Positions 1-12,547 of a stretch of 64,000 nucleotides of DNA are shown here, piece after piece. The notes beneath the pieces are model-generated. The model was not told where the DNA came from, made no database searches, and saw only the letters and a list, made by a program, of their open reading frames with translations. Origin of the DNA: Ylistrum balloti (lineage: Eukaryota); assembly GCF_031769215.1 (NCBI RefSeq), contig NW_026782024.1, forward strand, positions 620,001 to 684,000, read 5' to 3'. Both the position numbers and the translations under genes were made by a program. The first letter of the stretch is position 1. Every line of letters begins with the position of its first letter.

Positions 1-129
1 TATTGCATTTCTCACAACCATTTAGAATGACATCAATAGTCAAGTGGATATGAACTTCGTGTGATATATTCTGAAAAAGTATAACACGATGTTGATTAAA
101 GTTTCAACAATCAAGAAAGTAGTGAGATG

Positions 130-2290
130 CTGTTTCGAGTCTAAATCCACAAGAGCAAGCCGAGGACTCAGCTAGGCAGTTTTTCTGAAGGTCACAATTT
201 AGGTTGCTGGCCTCATTTCTCAACTGACAGAGAATGAAATTGGTTTCTCGATTTCCAAAGTACTTAATAATATCAGTTGTTTTTGTGTTAAGGTTTTGGA
301 CAGGTGTTATAATTTGTTTTAAACTGATAAGTAGAACGAATATTTTGAAGATCCCAAGCTATGTTATTAATTTCATTAAACATGGATGGGAAGAAGCTAC
401 TTTAATAGTTGACAGTTCGACAGAGAGGAGAATCAAATAATCTAATAGATCTAAAGGGATATCTATCAAATGTGGGGTCATGAAGATAAGATTCAATAAT
501 TTCTTTCAAGTAGTATGGAGATTGATCATTCATGATTTTATACGTCAGCATCATTTTATGCTGCTTTCTCCTACTATTCAAGGAACCCAACCTATTCTTT
601 ATACAAGTTATTGTGGTAGGTGACTTTACGCAGTCCTGTTATTATTCTTGTCGCCTCTAATTGCACTGATTCTAAGAGATCTTTTGAATTTCGTGAACAA
701 TTATCCCAGACAACATCAGTATATAAGTATTGGCCTAATATATGATATATTTATTGTACTTAATGAATGTCTGTCCAATTTATACTTCATTATTCTTAAC
801 ACATTAATTCTTTTATAGGCCTTTTGATAAATGAATGTCAGACCGAGATGTTTATGTATTCGACTGACAGTAACAGGTTCATCATAAAAATATACATTTG
901 GGTGATGGATATTCAAATTTTTTTAGAGAAAATGACAGATTCAGTTTTGTTTGGATTAGATTTCATGTTTCATCTATTAGCCCAGAGTTGAATATTGCTG
1001 ATAAGTTGTGTAAGTTCAATTGGATCATTATCTTTTACAGCATACAGGGTAGCGAACAGTTTAATTACATTAGAAACACAATCAACAATATCATTAATAT
1101 AAAGTAAAAACAATTATGGACCGAGCCCTGTGGTACCCCTGCACCAACAGACTTAGACGTGGATAAATATCCCAGTTAAGACTCTTTTTTTCTATCATCT
1201 AAAACATTCCTAAACCAGCAGTCAAAATAATAATTAGATAAATTTCGTAATTTACATGCATCACTTAATTTTAGAATAGCGTCAAGTACATGTGCATTTT
1301 CTGAACCGTGCCAGTATTTGAGTGAAACTTAAACGTGACACAAAGTAATTTCCTTTTGATGCCGTATACTTGAAGTTTATACAATAATCCTCCATGCCAG
1401 ACTCTATCAAATGCCTTGCTTATGTCACAAAAAACAAACCTGAATTCTTAACCTTGGTCTTAACATTGTACAATAGTGTGATGTACTGAAAGAAGTTGAT
1501 TTACTGCAGAGTCCTTAGGCATAAAACCAGATTAATGTTTTGAAATAACTTCATGATAGCTAGATAATTAAACATGTATTTAGATATATTTTTTTCTATA
1601 ATCTTACTAAAACATGAAGTTATAGAGATTGGTCTGTAATTAGATATTTCATTTGTTAAACCTTTTCCTTTATAAATGGCATTAATATTGGCAGTTTTCT
1701 AGCTAAGGGGGATAACTCTTGTTTGTAGTGTTTTGTTATATAGCAAAGTTATAGGAAGAGAAATAGAATGTTGAAGTTCCTTGATTATCTTTGGTACCAT
1801 ACCATCAGGCCCAGCTGGTTTAGTACTATTTAAGAGAAACAATTGATCACACATCTTGATGTGTTATTGATATGTTTTCTAAAGACTGCGGACAGTTAAT
1901 TTCTATATCAGGGACAGGTTCAATTTTCAAAACAGTTTTGGCAATTTCCACCAACTAAATGAGAAAGTATCTTTATTAGCTAACAATTTATGCATATTTT
2001 CTAGATAATTACTCTTGGCCTCCCTAATTTTACTTATGACTTCATTCCTGTTATTTCTATAGTTTTCCCAGTGGCATGGTAAGTTACTAGACCTTGTTTT
2101 TCTATGTACCCTATTTCTTTGTCTAATTTTAGTTATTATGTCTTGTGTCATCCACTTTTTATCTCTAGGTCTTACTGTAATATTTCTACTAGGAATACAT
2201 TCAGATATCTGTTGATTGATAGCATCACAAAGAGTATTATTAAATTCATTACTGTCTTGCAATTCTGAGAGGCTTGTTTTCGAGTTATAT
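130..2290 (-). mobile_element. Decayed, 5'-truncated non-LTR retrotransposon (CR1/L2-like LINE ORF2: linker, RT domain, C-terminal region) inside an SLC6 intron
   Basis: Minus-strand translations give EFRFVFCDISKAFDRVWHGGLLYKLQVYGI (~1335-1445), GAGVPQGS (~1120-1150), SRIHKHLGLTF, MKYKLDRHSLSTINISYIRPILIY, KLMLTYKIMN..PYYL and the CIPSRNITVRPRDKKWMT..IRQRNR linker; many stops and frameshifts. Ends approximate. Confidence 0.9.
1222..1330 (-). repeat. ~110-bp fragment of the retrozyme-family repeat inserted into the LINE RT
   Basis: Matches ~3400-3510 (TTTACATxCATCACTTAA..CACATGTG..TTTTCTGAACCGTGCCA.TATTTGAGT.AACTTAAACGTG) and splits the LINE reading YGIKRKLL / WFRN. Confidence 0.75.
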
Positions 2291-2566
2291 AAAGATTGTA
2301 TTGTTAAACAACAAAAGATTCACTAACAGTGCAATTACTGATTATGAAATTGTTGTGGAAACCGATAACATTGAACAATAAACAGTTACCATGGGACTTT
2401 TCTAAAAAGGTCATTCAATCCTTATCTAAATAGATACATTGTTGCTTGACACTTTTGGACACCAGAGTGATCAGGATACAGAAATCAGAGAATTTGTGAG
2501 GACAACATAACGAGTTTTATGTTAAACATTAGTTATGAGAGCGCTTGCCGAAGTTATTAATCCTAC

Positions 2567-5500
2567 CGGAGACAGTTGCCATGGAACTTGTGAAAACTGG
2601 CCAAAGTGATTATTCCACCCCATGTCGGTCCAAGAGAGTAAAACACTTGTAATGCTGCTTCCAGCCATACCTAGAAAAATGACATTATAAATATGTTATT
2701 GTTTAAAACAAAACAACTGTTTTTGGCAATTTCAATTACTGGCAGATTTCCCCCATTTGTTTATTTATTTACTTATTTTTATTCTCTTTTTTTCCCTTTA
2801 TTTGTCTTGTTCAATCCACGTTTGTAATCTCGCATCCATTTTCAGTAACATACCTGTTACTCCTACGTTTGCTAATCTGAAGGAAGTCTCAAGAATAATT
2901 GCATTCATTTTTTATATTTTCGCCACTCAGTATAGTGAAAGGTCACGTCAATCGAAATGTTGTTTTTCACGGCAATAAAAGATACCTCTTTTAATGCTTT
3001 TAGATAATAATTAGTAAAATTTAACATTGTATCACCAATGACCAAAGAGATCGAATGCTTCTTTTTATAAACTACACTTATCAAAAAGCCTGAAGCAGAA
3101 TAAAACAAAAGGCCCACAGGCAGTTAAAATGGTTATTATTTATCATTACCTTCTTGTACAACACACCTGTACCAAAGATTATACAAAAGACACACACATG
3201 AATAGCATATTTGCATTATTAAGAGTGAGATACAGTAGAGCCACACAATAAATTAAACTGCATCATACAGCTGTTTCGTCATTCTAGGGCTCCTCAGTGA
3301 TGCTAAGGGCCTAAATTTGAAGCCTAGGGGCGAGTAAGGAAAATTCAATGTGATCAAAAGAAAAGTCAAAATCTAGACGGGGAGGTGCAGCAGCCCCACG
3401 ATAAGATACATTTCATAATTTACATACATCACTTAACTTTATAATAGCGTATAGCACATGTGTATTTTCTGAACCGTGCCACTATTTGAGTAAACTTAAA
3501 CGTGGCAAACAGGTTACGGCAAACCTCGGGGACTTTGAGTCCACCAACAGTGTCTACCACCTTCTATCTTTAAGACTGTACAAAAGATACACAAGTGAAT
3601 AGCACCTTTCCATTATTAGGAGTGAGATACAGTTGAGCCAAACAATGAATTGAACTGCATCATACAACTGTTTTGTACTTCTATGACTCGTCAGTGATGC
3701 TAAGGCCTTAGAGTTTGAAGCACAGGAGTCGACTAAGTAAAATGAAAAGTGATCAACAAAAAAGTCGAAATCTAGACGTGAGGTGCAGCAGCCCCATAAT
3801 TAGATTATCAAATTTCATGATCATGTTTAACACCAAGAAAAGATCCTAACACTTATCCGTGGACGATGGCATAACGTAAAACTGACTTATGTCTCCCAAT
3901 AATGTTCATACCTCTTTTCATATCCAAACAAATAGTAAAAGATAAAACGGGAAACAACGCTTGCGTGCATACATCATTTTGGATTTTTATTTTCTCATTA
4001 CACAGTAACAGATTACTTATTCTCCATACTACGATTTATTTTTCTAATATTACTTCTTTTTCATTTTCTCAAGTTTTTATATCCAAATATGATGCTCATC
4101 ATTCGCCGTGTTCTTAAATGCAAGAAAATCATAAAAGTACGTTAAATGATATGCGTGTTTACAGATATGACGCAATGAACTATCATTTTAACAATAACAT
4201 ATTTGACAAGTTGACAAGGTTTCCTTTCATAATAACAAATACCCATACCCATTTCCATGATAACCTGAAAATTTACACCTGAATAGATATTTCAGAAGTA
4301 TTGTAATAAATGTTCATTGATTATATTACGGTATGACAGAAATTACACTTTCAGCTTTAACTCACGCGGTGAATATTTTGGTGAAATACGTCAAAATATT
4401 AGCCACACTCGTGAAAAGTATCTGACATGGCTGAATACACTGTTAGATATCGTTTTTATAACATTGATTCGTGACAGCAATTACTAGTAAAGATATATCA
4501 TTTGATAGAAGTACCTGGAAATGGAGAAGTCTAGAGAAGTCAGGTGTGAGGTACAGTAGAACTCCATCTAATGAACCAGCCAAACATAGACTCCGCACCA
4601 GTATCACCAACAGCAGAACGAACGGTGCAGTGGCAGTCACATAAATGACCTAAACAGTGATGAATGTTGAAATATCAATAGAAGTAAACCTCTTCGAAAA
4701 TTACATTGAAAATAAAAGAACAAAGTAAGCGAATTCTTGTTTTAAATATCATGATATCTGTTTTAAAGGAGCAGACAATAATCACATTATTTTTGGTTGA
4801 CACTATAACCTAAATGTTATATTTGAATTTTATTTTTCATGTTTGACTTTGCCAGAGAAGTGATCACTTTTCATATTTTGATATTTCATTCGTAATTAGT
4901 AATTATGGTGCTTGTGCCTTCCATTCTTTTTCAGCAGGTGTTTCTTGAATGTTATTTCTTGTCTAACTATTTTTCAATTATGGATATCAAATGGCCTTTT
5001 CTATCCTACAATATTTATAATGTTATCAAAACTAAGATATATACTACAAATAATAGCATATTTTTTTCTGCTAATACTGCTGTAATTTGCTTATAACTAA
5101 AATTCACGTCATCGCTAAAACATAAACAAATCAATTTGAAACATTCAAATCGATTTAATTACTTGGAACGTTCAATGCCATTACCTTCCCAGCAGAATGT
5201 ACCCCTTTTATTATGCTAAGGAATATAGATGCAAAAGAGAAAAACAAAGCCAGTATGATATGCCACTGCGGGATTCCCCAGTCGTCTATTCCTCTTGATG
5301 CGTTTAATAGCTTGTATCTATAACATGTAAAAGATTGATATTAGCTGGCTTAGAGAATGCTGAATATTCATATCTTGATCAAGCTGATACATAATCCGAT
5401 CCGACCGGATCATATCTAACCCGTGATTAGTAAAATTTTCACATTATCACTTCACAGTTTACCATCTAGCAATATCAAGTTCTTAAAAAAAATCACGTTA

Positions 5501-8155
5501 TCCATTGGAAAAAATAACGTATTTGTTTCACTTGAACATACGTAGAATACTTACCGCCAGAATTCGGTGGCCGCTGTAGGGTAGAAACCTTTACTTTCCT
5601 CAGCTGATGATCCATTGAGTAAATAAGAAACGTTCCATAGTGTGGTATTAGATGCCTCAAGACCGGACCTAAGCACTACACATTCATCTGTGTTCCATTC
5701 ATTGTTACAGGTGGACCAGGGCTGTGTCGGGAAAAATGAGTAACCCAAATACATCAGCACCCAGGCCACGATCAACCCGTAGTACCACGTGCAAATCATC
5801 GTCATCAACACCATGGAATATCCTATACCTGAGCGAGCAATGTGTTTTTGTCGTATAAATGTTATCAACAGGTCTGTTACATACGATCTATGAACGTGTA
5901 TTACATAATATTGCAATGTAACAAATTTTCCAACGTTTTCCTTTTACAATATATTGAAGAACAAAGTGATAGAAAAATAAATTAAGGTTATTTAAATTGA
6001 ACTTACCTTCCAGCAGTGGACAAAGTGACCAGGAAACTAGTGCACTTTTACCGGAAAATTGGCCCAGACACAGCTCCATGTAATACATAGGAAATCCACA
6101 CAGCAGCGTAAATATGAAGAAAGGAATGAGGAATGCACCTAGAGGATGGCCATTAAGTTGTGTCAATAGAACCTTTTTCCCCCTTAAATGGCGAGGTACT
6201 TATGTGTTTACATGTATAAACTCATAAAGTGAGTAAGCTGTGAAACTTCAGTATGCTATAAGTGTAAAAAGAAAGAGCGAATGCGATGCGGAATATAACA
6301 GTGAGAGACGAGAACCATATGTGTGACGGATGAATGACCTCCTCCGTGGGGACAATTAATGCACAGAGGCTGACCCCAGGGCCCCAACCCTGGCAGCTCT
6401 CTTTGATATTTATTTATTTATTTTTAAATAAAAACAGAAAAAAAGCAATCAAAAAAGAACCTTGATATGCAGTCGAGTTTTTATCATCAGCATAAATGCA
6501 ATCAAAATTTACTTTTGGGTGAAGCTTGTTACACACCTATCCGGTAACTGATATATGTTTGTGTATTAACTTAATTATTTCTTAACAAGTTTGTCGGCAC
6601 CCTCAGTGCTCGAGGATGCCTTCTCCGATGGTTCCCGTATTGGGGTCATCGAAGGTCGAAAGAATAGGGAATTCTCTTTTCAAGTACATATATTTGGAGG
6701 GGATTGAAAGTGGTGATCCTGCAGAGTAGTGGGGATATCTTTTAGCCAGGGGACATTAAAGACCAAGAGATTTTGCTGACCTCGTTGCAACATTGGGAAC
6801 TTTTCTTTTTTCTGTTGGTTGACAACATCTTCGTCGAGTTTGATGGTAAGATCTTCCAACAAACTATTGGCATAACCATGGAAACTAACATTGTCTCTTT
6901 GTTGGCTGACTTGTTTGGTTGAATTTAGCGAAATCAGATCTACTGATGAGGTTTTGTCGTTAGATAACAAGAAATGTATCGAACTTGTCCATCGTATATT
7001 CCCAGCAAAATTGGAAATTATGGACACGCTAAACTCTTAAACAGCAGTTGCTTATCATAATTTTTATCTGCAATGAAATCGTAATTTTTAATGTTTTCCA
7101 TCAAGCTGTATGATAAGCATAATGATTTCGATTTCCCCTATAGTGAATTTTCCATTTGTGGATAGCAACATCCTCCGTTATTATATACTTTGTTCTCAAT
7201 TGAGAACGGGTCGGGGATCCTGCTTGTGGCCTTTATCAGTATTCGTCAGAGAGGTAGCACTTTAGAGACAATATCAAAGTCACTGTCACAAGGAGGCTTA
7301 CTCGAGCATTTATTTTAATCAGAGCCTTCACGTGCACCCGCCACATGAACCCCCATGTACTCATCTCGCCTACATAGGGACCTTCGTCGTAGCTATTCAT
7401 AGCACGCTATGAAATATATAACCAAACCCTCTCATCACCCGTGTTCAGGTGAACGCTCATTATTTTGTCATACACCGGTAATCCAGAACAATGATATAGC
7501 AATAGGGCACACAAAGGAGATATTCTACCACATTACTGTATAGGTGTATGGTCTTGTCGCATAGCTACACACGTCGTTAACTATGTGAAGTGAAATATAC
7601 ACAACAAACAATAATTGAAGGTTTAAACAATTGCATGTTGACAAATACCGGCACGGTCGAAATTCCAGACAGACCGTCCGAATTCCCACACACGGTTCTT
7701 TACTTAACATGCCCATTTGTAATTATGTGAAGATTTATTTTTCTTTTCATTGTCATCGCTTCCAGTTTGCTTTAACAGTCACGCCATCATTATGTTGCAT
7801 AAATATAATCGATAGATAAGTAAACAAAATACAGACAGGTGGTCACATACATGCAAGTTTTAACGGAAACATTTAGAATATGATTGAATTTTCAAGCAAG
7901 GTAAATCGTGTTGATTAAAGGTTACATTACTATTTGCAAACAATAATGGTGGTATACACTACCTCCTCCATTCTTCATGCACACGTACGGAAACCTCCAC
8001 ACACTACCGAGGCCAACCGTATACCCGATTAACCCGAGGGAGTATTCCACCTTGTTTGACCAGACCTCCCTTTTTGGTAAATCATTGACCACATTATTCC
8101 GATCATCCAGGAGTTCAAGCCTTACTCCTTCCTCTGCTGACCGCGGTTCAGACAT
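2567..8155 (-). CDS. SLC6 (neurotransmitter:sodium symporter) family transporter, glycine-transporter-like; first six coding exons, gene continues beyond the left edge
   Basis: Exons 8155-7963, 6138-6007, 5828-5555, 5317-5185, 4649-4515, 2670-2567, all GT-AG with consistent phases (971 nt). Spliced protein contains [113 protein letters not shown]. Confidence 0.95.
3260..3303 (-). ncRNA. Minimal type I hammerhead ribozyme (HHR1); catalytic core intact, helix II weakened
   Basis: Minus strand reads GCATCA-CTGAGGA-GCCCTAGAATGAC-GAAA-CAGCTG-TA-TGATGC: helix I GCATCA/TGATGC, CUGANGA, GAAA, palindromic helix III, GUA cleavage triplet (cut between 3266 and 3265). Confidence 0.85.
3657..3700 (-). 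ncRNA. Degenerate type I hammerhead ribozyme (HHR2), G12A
   Basis: Minus strand: GCATCA-CTGACGA-GTCATAGAAGTAC-AAAA-CAGTTG-TA-TGATGC; GAAA has become AAAA. Confidence 0.75.
6740..7200 (+). mobile_element. Penelope-like element RT fragment (decayed) in SLC6 intron 1
   Basis: Plus-strand [34 protein letters not shown] ... [28 protein letters not shown] ... [12 protein letters not shown] resembles the PLE-type RT pattern DNIFV.F....YQQ..GIPMGT.CAPLLADLF / YIDDVLSLNN..F...IYP.ELEIKDT / DFPIVNFPF. Confidence 0.75.
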
Positions 8156-8219
8156 CCCTACTCCAATCCTGCCTGATCTACCACGGAATGGGTGAGAGTT
8201 AATAATCTGTCAGTTTGTC

Positions 8220-8227
8220 TGACGTCA
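8220..8227. promoter_or_regulatory. Perfect CRE palindrome TGACGTCA 65 bp upstream of the SLC6 ATG
   Basis: Exact 8-mer between the ATG and the Tc1 insertion; the same 8-mer also occurs in introns elsewhere, so function is unproven. Confidence 0.25.
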
Positions 8228-8350
8228 TTTTCACGGGCTATAAATCCTTTATCATCTCCATAGTCTTACACACATTTACTCAAGTATACTTAAAACAACA
8301 TTAAATACAATGCAAAGTTCAGATGTCCAAGACCAAAAAAAGTATATATA

Positions 8351-9488
8351 CTGAAAGGATAAAGAAACGCAGGGTAATATTTATTTCGATATTTTGAAAA
8401 AATAAAGTGAAACTTTGTGGATTGAGTAATTAGGTCATATTACACCTTGTCATGTATCGAAAATTTAGTCACGGTACAGTGCGCAGCTCTGGTAAATGGA
8501 GGAATGAAAAAACAAGAATCTCATGCACCGTGTTGTTCTGGTCTCATGCAGCGTTGGTCAAGTCACTCTTCGTTAGTCATTATACAGACCAACTGCTTCC
8601 CTAAAATTAATTTGAGAATTTGATTCGTTTTAAGAATGGTACGACTCACAGATGTTCAGAGGGGTCAGGCCATTCAGATGCTGATGCAAGGACAGCTGCA
8701 AAATCAGGTTGCTAGGCACTTTGGTGTTAATGTTTCCACCATAGAACGTCTTGTAAGACGTCTTCGGGAAACTGGGCGATTGGCCGATCGACCTAGGTCA
8801 GGACGTCCGCAGGTTTGGGGGCGGTTCAGTAATGGTGTGGGGAGGAATCTCACACGGGTTAAAATCACAATTGGTTGTTATTGATGGCAATTTAACAGCA
8901 GCTAAGTATAGAGATGAGATCCTCCGACCCCAATGTTATCCCTTTCTTACAGCAGCATAATCTAACCCTCCAGCAGGATAATGCTAGGCCCCACCTAGCA
9001 AGGATTTGCCAAGTCTTTCTGGCCAACAACAACATTCAACCACTAGATTGGCCGCCATATAGCCCTGATTTGTCCCCGATCGAGCATCTTTGGAACCAGG
9101 TGGATAGACAGGTTCGAAAGCGCCAGCCACCCCCTGCTATTCGGGAGCAGTTGACCAGAGCTCTAATTGAAGAGTGGGACAACATCCCCATAAGACGGAT
9201 TAACGCTCTCATAAACTTTATGACCAGAAGAATAAGGGCCGTGACCACAGCAAACGGCGGACACACAAGATATTGATGACTCAGTTCAATTTCAATTTCA
9301 AAATCCTATGGGTCCATTCAACTTAATCGTTAGTACCTCTTAACTAATTGTCAGATGCAAAATACAGACTTTGGAAATGTTTAAGCTTTAATTTATCTGT
9401 AAGTATACAAAATTTCGTTTTAAATGAAGCCCGATATCATACTTAATTTCTGGTTTAAAGTTCACCCTGCGTTTCTTTATCCTTTTAG
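8351..9488 (+). mobile_element. Tc1/mariner (DD34E) DNA transposon, internally deleted, non-autonomous
   Basis: 25-bp TIRs CTGAAAGGATAAAGAAACGCAGGGT (8351-8375) and its inverse at 9464-9488 with 1 mismatch; TA on both sides. Confidence 0.95.
8636..9276 (+). pseudogene. Tc1 transposase pseudogene
   Basis: N-terminal HTH (VARHFGVNVSTIERL..GRLADRPRSGRP) joins directly at ~8808 to RFGGGSVMVWGGIS; then QQDNARPH..WPPYSPDLSPIEHLW with D and E 34 residues apart. The second HTH and first catalytic Asp region are deleted, and there is a frameshift near 8930. Confidence 0.92.
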
Positions 9489-10702
9489 TATATATATATA
9501 TATTTCGTTTTACTGAACGTCTTTCATCCTCATGCATTATTTAAGTTTATTTCTAGTCAGTCTGGTTGTTGGCTTGCTGCTAAATCATCAAGAACAACTC
9601 AACAAATTAACTAAAGTTAAATGTAGATATTTATTGAATGTTTAAATGTTCTGAAAAGTAATATGTACAAGCCAACCGATATTAACTTTTATCCCAGACC
9701 TCGGTCTCACTTTAAGTACAAATCTATCATGAATGGTATCCTTTGATTTCACAATGACAATAATGAGAAGATTGTTGAACATGATGTTTTGTATCTGTTA
9801 TATTCGTTAATTAAATTCCATTATTCATTTAATAGTATCCGAGAGTTCCTAATCACTTTTAGTTCTCCCGATTCCCCTAATACTCCTAATTTCTCCTAGT
9901 ACTCATATACAACTACCAAATCTGTTGGTGTACATAATTACGCAAACCGTGTTTCGCGTACACGAAAATAAAGACCGATACTTAAGATATTGGTAATTTT
10001 TGCGATAGAAACAGGCATACATATTGATTCTTAAGTGATAATAAGTGGTTTTGTCTGTCAAAGTGTGGTCATGGAGGTGGGGTGTTGTTACAGTGTTATC
10101 CATATTTGCTTGTTATACCAAATTACGTTCATCATACAAAACACGTTAGGTCCCTATTTTTGTTATTATCATTATCTGTTTTGATCAAAAGTCAAAACGA
10201 CACCTTTGATGTTTTACCGAAAGTAAGACATAACTCTGTATAATGAATGCAAACATAATGTCTTAAACTTTTTTGTCCTTATACTCTTTGTTATTTTATG
10301 TTGTTTGAAAATGACAATTTTAATGGCGTTTTGAAATAAATTCACGAGTGAACTACTTTTATTGACTGCGCGATTCGGTTGATAGTGCAAACAATTTCAA
10401 CTTTATTCTGGTTGCTGTGGTTCTTCTCTTGGGTATAACTCAAGAAGACTTGAGTAGAATGCAACTAAATTTAGAATGATTTATTACCATAAACCAGATT
10501 TCAAATTCGTGAATTCCGACTTACTTGGTGAATCACTGTCCCGGATTTTTAAGGCCCGAGATCAAAAATTGTTTCATGATTTTGGAAAATTGACTACTTG
10601 TATTAAAATTACAAAAAATAAAACGCTATCCAGAAATAAAGTCTTTAAAAGATTAATTCTAGAAGATGGTCAAATAAAGGATTTGTGTCAGTTTGGAACA
10701 TC

Positions 10703-10753
10703 AAAAAAAAAACAAACAAGCAAACAAAACAAAAACAAACAAACAAACAAAAA
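10703..10753. repeat. (AAAC)n / A-rich microsatellite
   Basis: Direct reading. Confidence 0.85.
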
Positions 10754-11129
10754 TACTGGTATGTAAACAGGTTAAGATGGCATGTTGTTATATTCCTGTA
10801 GTTTCTGAATGCTTACAATGTATACTGATAAAAGTCATTGATTACTATTTTTTATCAATTATATGATACCTATAGTAAAAACACTTTATTACAAAACAAC
10901 TACTGAAGTGTTTTCCAAAGACGATCTTATTTTAAGATGATAAAAAATATGATAATAAAAAAATTAACAAGTATAAAATCTCTAACCAAACAATTAAGAG
11001 ATCCACTGGGAAACTTGATGACAAGTCGATAATTTTATTACTCAGCGTTTAACATTGTTTATATTAATTCGTAACAAGAAATAGCATCAAAAATGATAAA
11101 GTACAACACTGTAGAACAATTTTCGGTCA

Positions 11130-11983
11130 TTAAATGTCATACAGAATAGTTCGTTGGCCAAGCACACACGGTATGACGATATTGACGATGTCTGTGAAGA
11201 CAACCAATCCGAACACAACTGTTAACACCCCAATCCCTATATAACCCATAAAGGTAGCGCTAACTCTATCGTCTGAGGCCGATGTGATTCGTCTCTTTGC
11301 GGAGGACAATGTCTTCTTATCAAGCTTCAATTCCGCTGTTATATTCTTAGTGAGTTCCAGAATAATTTCCAGGTTCGCTACTGATGATAGTTGATTACTG
11401 ACTGTTTTCTGACAATCGGTACACGAGCATGACACGCCAGTTGTTAATGTCTGCGAGCTCTGTGTGGTTTCTTTTGGAATAGTGGATGCTATGTCCGTTG
11501 TCGACGATGTTTCCTTCGTGGGTCCTTCAAAAGGACAAAACATTTTTTCTTTGTATACAAAAACCGGCTTTATTTCAAGAATTATTATATCGCTCTGTAA
11601 TATGAATGAAAAGGTTTCATATATTACTATATACACATTATATACAGACAACTAAAGGCATGTACTATTAATCGTAAAACTGATTTTCTTACCTCCTTGG
11701 CACTCAAAGGTAACGTTGAGATACTTTTCAACATCTGGACACGAATCCTCGAACACGGTAACAGAGGAAAGGATCTCACAGGTATTGGACCCCTCGCAGT
11801 ACTCAAAGATTACTTGATAAGTTTCAGGTGTCACACATGACGTTACAGTTGTATTACCGCCGCACGGTGAAGCATCCGTTCGTCCAAAGTTGGCGTCGAT
11901 CACATGGATTGAAAATCTGCTGGGACATTCCATTGGGACATAATCACCCTCACAGGCGATCAGACTGGTCGCAGCCTCTGTCA
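11130..11983 (-). CDS. SUEL/galactose-rhamnose-type lectin domain + Ser/Thr stalk + C-terminal transmembrane protein, copy A (last two exons; start not identified)
   Basis: Exon 11983-11693 (ACEG..MECP..ANFGR..C..SC..C.G.N.C..DSCP.VEKYL.V.FEC) splices in phase 1 to exon 11524-11130 (T/S-rich stalk, CSCTDC, LKLDKKTLSSAKRRITSASDDRVSA, hydrophobic GYIGIGVLTVVFGLVVF, short tail). Confidence 0.8.
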
Positions 11984-12547
11984 CTGGATATTTAAAAATA
12001 AAATATGATTGTAACTTTTTTAAGCAATACACAGAGAAAATCTCACATTGATAGTAAAAGCTAACTGCATTGATGTGGATATCTTTTAATTTTTATCGAA
12101 CTTTTCAAAGATTTACATTCCTTTATCCTTGTTCCAGTGTTTACAAATCTTAGCTGATTTGACATCCAGGAGCCTATTCCCAACACCACGATTTCCGTTG
12201 AAGATGCTGACACTGGACTTGCAGCACATGGTTATGAGAAATACTGGTTGATAAAGACTATGGGGAAGTTTTATGTTGGTTATTAATGATCTCATTAGGA
12301 AATGTTCTATATTATGATGCGATATGCTGTGTGGAATGTTCATAAGGACGTCTCCTGTTTTCCCCAACGTTAAAAATATTTTCACTTGAGAACGTGGCGG
12401 CTGCCACAAATCGAGCAGAAGACTCTTATCTTTCCGTAACACATGGTCTGATTCTCATACCTGGTTTTGTTCTGCAATTTTGAATGGTCCCGTGTAAAAT
12501 TTTCATTCCTTCATATTTTGACCTCGATTCATCGATTCTGATTTGCA

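Larger units (their letters stand above)
3175..3830 (-). mobile_element. Tandem ~397-bp repeat (about 1.65 monomers) with one hammerhead ribozyme per monomer: non-LTR retrozyme-like array in SLC6 intron 5
   Basis: 3175-3430 aligns with 3575-3830; the hammerhead motifs sit at 3260 and 3657 (period 397). Confidence 0.8.

Noticed and set aside
6943-6985. Possible hammerhead at CTGATGAG..GAAA
   Set aside because: No G10.1-C11.1 closure, helix III or helix I; it lies within RT-coding remnant ([11 protein letters not shown]).
6680-7027. 115-aa minus-strand ORF
   Set aside because: Antisense shadow of the plus-strand Penelope-like RT fragment.
12113-12442. 109-aa ORF (and 39145-39504) as the missing lectin exon
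   Set aside because: No recognisable domain or signal peptide, no donor in phase with the SUEL exon in this frame, and an 11-nt indel between copies near its end.
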